A DNA stretch of 64,000 nt from an uncultured Gammaproteobacteria bacterium (GTDB lineage Bacteria; Patescibacteriota; Patescibacteriia; VMEV01; CAZAJQ01), in contig CAZAJQ010000001.1 of NCBI GenBank assembly GCA_964485795.1, positions 78,014 to 142,013 of the forward strand, given 5' to 3'. Every line of letters starts with the position of its first letter. Position 1 is the first letter of the stretch. Shown here in pieces: positions 62,056-64,000 of this stretch. The position numbers were made by a program, and so were the translations under genes. The notes under the pieces are model-generated. The model worked only from the letters and a program-made list of their open reading frames with translations. It made no database searches and was not told where the DNA came from.

Positions 62056-62490
62056 TCATCTGATCGATGCCAAAATCATCCCCATCACCAATAAAAGCAC
62101 AAGCCAATATCCTGCGTTGATAAACCACAGCTTCCATGGTCTTGCTTCCCAAAAAACACTCCCAACGGTAACAGGGACGATAAATCCGAGCCAATTCCAA
62201 AAACCGGTCTGCAACCCTGCGGAAATTCCCGATATCCGAAGATAGGTGGAAGCAAAAACCAAAGAATATGTAAGCACCGAGGCCATGAAAAGAGCGCCGA
62301 CAAAACTTCCGAGGTATCCGGGCATGGCTTTTTTCTGCATCTCTTTCATGGCTTCGGGAGGATCGATCTTATACCCCATCATTTTGGACCATGGTTTACC
62401 AAACAGCGGCCCGTACCAAAGGGAACCGAGGATAATGCTGGTAATTCCGCAAAGTAAAATCGCCCAATAATTGATGATGACTTCTGGCAT
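62056..62490 (-). CDS. DUF1761-like small membrane protein
   Basis: 144 aa, 4 TM, WYGPLFGKPW motif. Confidence 0.6.
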   Translation of the reverse strand: MPEVIINYWAILLCGITSIILGSLWYGPLFGKPWSKMMGYKIDPPEAMKEMQKKAMPGYLGSFVGALFMASVLTYSLVFASTYLRISGISAGLQTGFWNWLGFIVPVTVGSVFWEARPWKLWFINAGYWLVLLLVMGMILASIR

Positions 62491-62578
62491 AGAGTAAGAT
62501 TAAGAATAAGTTCCTAGAGTGTTCACGAGGTCATGATAACAGATTTACTGAACCTGTGCGTGTTCGCTTGAGCAAATA

Positions 62579-62665
62579 CGGAGAGGGTGGGATTCGAACC
62601 CACGGAACCCTTGCGGGCTCTCCGGTTTTCAAGACCGGTGCTTTCAACCGCTCAGCCACCTCTCC
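62579..62665 (-). tRNA. tRNA-Ser (anticodon UGA)
   Basis: The reverse complement folds as GGAGAGG acceptor, anticodon arm CCGGT-CTTGAAA-ACCGG (U33, UGA, A37), long variable arm, T-arm GTGGGTTCGAATCCCAC, discriminator G. No encoded CCA. Confidence 0.9.
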
Positions 62666-62673
62666 ATTTCATA

Positions 62674-62706
62674 GAGTCTAGAATCTAGAGCCTAGATTCT
62701 AGACTC
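62674..62706. repeat. perfect 15-bp inverted repeat GAGTCTAGAATCTAG-agc-CTAGATTCTAGACTC, followed by further TCTAGA copies. It lies 9 nt upstream of tRNA-Ser(UGA).
   Basis: Read directly. TCTAGA occurs 5 times in 62674-62730. Confidence 0.85.
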
Positions 62707-62934
62707 AAAATTTCATACTCTAGACTCTCGCTCAAATTCTTTGAAATGCTCATTGTTCGCAAGTGACTCAACCGAAATCATGCCATTCAAATCAACAGCT
62801 GCATTGTAGACCATTCACCTTCGGCATTCAAGCGTAAATTCATTGTATCAGACAATCATCATTGACACTCTGGAGCGGCATGGGATAAAGTCAATTTGAG
62901 CTATTTTAGAGCTTTTTTTATTCGAAAAATATGT

Positions 62935-63029
62935 GGAGAGGTACCCAAGAGGCTGAAGGGGGGAGTTTGCTAAACTCCTAGGTCGGGGTTTTTCCCGGCG
63001 CGAGGGTTCGAATCCCTCCCTCTCCGCCA
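62935..63029 (+). tRNA. tRNA-Ser (anticodon GCU) with encoded CCA
   Basis: GGAGAGG acceptor, anticodon arm GGAGT-TTGCTAA-ACTCC, long variable arm, GAGGGTTCGAATCCCTC T-arm, G73 then CCA. Confidence 0.9.
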
Positions 63030-63213
63030 AGTTTTACATTCAGTATAAAGTTTGAGCCGAAATTTTTAAAAAATGCGCGGATTTACTGGGCTATCTCTGA
63101 GACAAGGAGGGAACACATTCAAAGGACGATTCGTGGACTCAAAGAAGAAATACGACGCCCTTGTTGTTGGAAAAGTAGGTTAAGCTGTATTTATTACCTA
63201 TCAAAAATAACCT

Positions 63214-63699
63214 ATGAACAAAAGTTCAACAATATTTCTTCAGGTCGTCGTTGTACTTATCGGCATAGTGGCACTGGCCATTATGATCCGGTTTCCTTTG
63301 ACAGAAGGAAGAGCTACAAACTTAGACCTGTTTAGTATTTACGCTGATCCATTCATAATCTATGGGTATCTATCGTCTATCACATTTTTTGCCGCCCTCT
63401 ATCAGGCGTTCAAATTGCTCGGATATGTCAGGCAAAATAAAGTATTCTCACGAAGCTCTGCAAGGGCTTTAAGGAATATAAAATATTGCGCAATCATACA
63501 GAGTGTCTTAATTGTGATAGCGGCAATATACATAAGGGTATCCTTTAATGGTAACTCGGATGACGATCCTGCAGGTTTTATTGCTGTGTCTATTGTGGCT
63601 ACCTTTATTTCTATCGCAGTCGCCGCTACAGCGGCTGTGTTTGAAAGAACCTTGCAAAGTGCCGTGGATATAAAATCCGAGAACGACTTAACAGTATAA
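63214..63699 (+). CDS. DUF2975-family membrane protein
   Basis: 161 aa, 4 TM. This protein usually pairs with a YozG-like XRE regulator, which is the next ORF. Confidence 0.65.
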   Translation: MNKSSTIFLQVVVVLIGIVALAIMIRFPLTEGRATNLDLFSIYADPFIIYGYLSSITFFAALYQAFKLLGYVRQNKVFSRSSARALRNIKYCAIIQSVLIVIAAIYIRVSFNGNSDDDPAGFIAVSIVATFISIAVAATAAVFERTLQSAVDIKSENDLTV

Positions 63700-63709
63700 T
63701 CAAACCAAC

Positions 63710-63948
63710 ATGGCAATCATCATTAACATCGACGTCATGTTGGAAAAAGGAAAATGAGCGTCACCGAACTTGCCGAGAAAGTCGGTATCACAATGGCCAA
63801 TATTTCCATCTTGAAAAATGAAAAAGCACGGCAAATCCGCGGCGGCAGAACATCCCGGCGTTCCGCGAGAATGGCGTGTGGAAAATCGGTGAGAGTTTTG
63901 CGTATAAACGAGCAAGCGCAAAGTAAAGACGAGGGTGATCCGTCCTGA
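63710..63948 (+). pseudogene. YozG-like XRE/Cro-C1 HTH regulator with a homopolymer frameshift. MAIIINIDVMLEKGK (frame 2, stop at 63755) is followed by MSVTELAEKVGITMANISILKNEKARQIR (frame 1). The C-terminal part is also poorly conserved.
   Basis: The two pieces together match the family N-terminus MAIIVNLDVMLAKRKMS..ELAE..GIT..NLSILKTGKAKAIR. They are separated by a 1-nt change in the A-run GGAAAAAGGAAAATG (63742-63756). Confidence 0.55.
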
Positions 63949-64000
63949 TTATTTTATTCTTTTCACGTTTATGTTTTCAATAACGTGAAATAAGGTGACA

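Noticed and set aside
62848-63030. 60-aa minus-strand ORF
   Set aside because: It lies entirely on top of tRNA-Ser(GCU) and its promoter region, so it is a shadow ORF.

Overview
This 64-kb window looks like a bacterial chromosome segment of about 50% GC, probably from a monoderm, CPR/Patescibacteria-like organism. It is densely coded, mostly on the minus strand.

Housekeeping genes: pheT (runs off the window start) and pheS, trpS, gatC and gatA, ligA, radA, recG, a ClpB/ClpC-like AAA+ chaperone, lemA-htpX, and two divergent tRNA-Ser genes.

Accessory content:
- An archaeal-type mevalonate operon. It encodes the thiolase, HMG-CoA synthase and DUF35 trio, a class I HMG-CoA reductase, IDI-2 and a polyprenyl synthase. 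It also encodes mevalonate kinase, isopentenyl-phosphate kinase and an MVD/PMD homologue interrupted by one in-frame TAA.
- A roughly 12-kb type IV pilus operon: pilM, pilN, pilO, pilB, pilC, two tandem major pilins, pilD and further pilin-like genes, plus an embedded RimK-like ATP-grasp gene. No secretin is present in the window.
- A cluster of three adjacent genes carrying five copies of a TrbC/VirB2-like conjugative-pilin domain, one of them a triple tandem fusion. Each gene ends in a Cys-rich C-terminal domain, and the last is translationally coupled to radA.
- Several large secreted CARDB/PEGA/Ig/TSP3/PKD-type surface proteins.
- A roughly 2.7-kb low-GC island containing GAF-domain genes. 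Its edges fall inside coding sequences, including the sensor half of a histidine kinase.

Non-coding features:
- A genome-specific palindromic heptamer repeat, (TACTGAG)n/(CTCAGTA)n, at three intergenic sites.
- A 3 x 44-bp tandem repeat flanked by inverted 22-nt palindromes, next to a DUF35 gene that lacks its Zn ribbon.
- A perfect 15-bp inverted repeat between the two tRNA-Ser genes.
- Several clear Rho-independent terminators.
- A homopolymer frameshift in a YozG-like XRE regulator.
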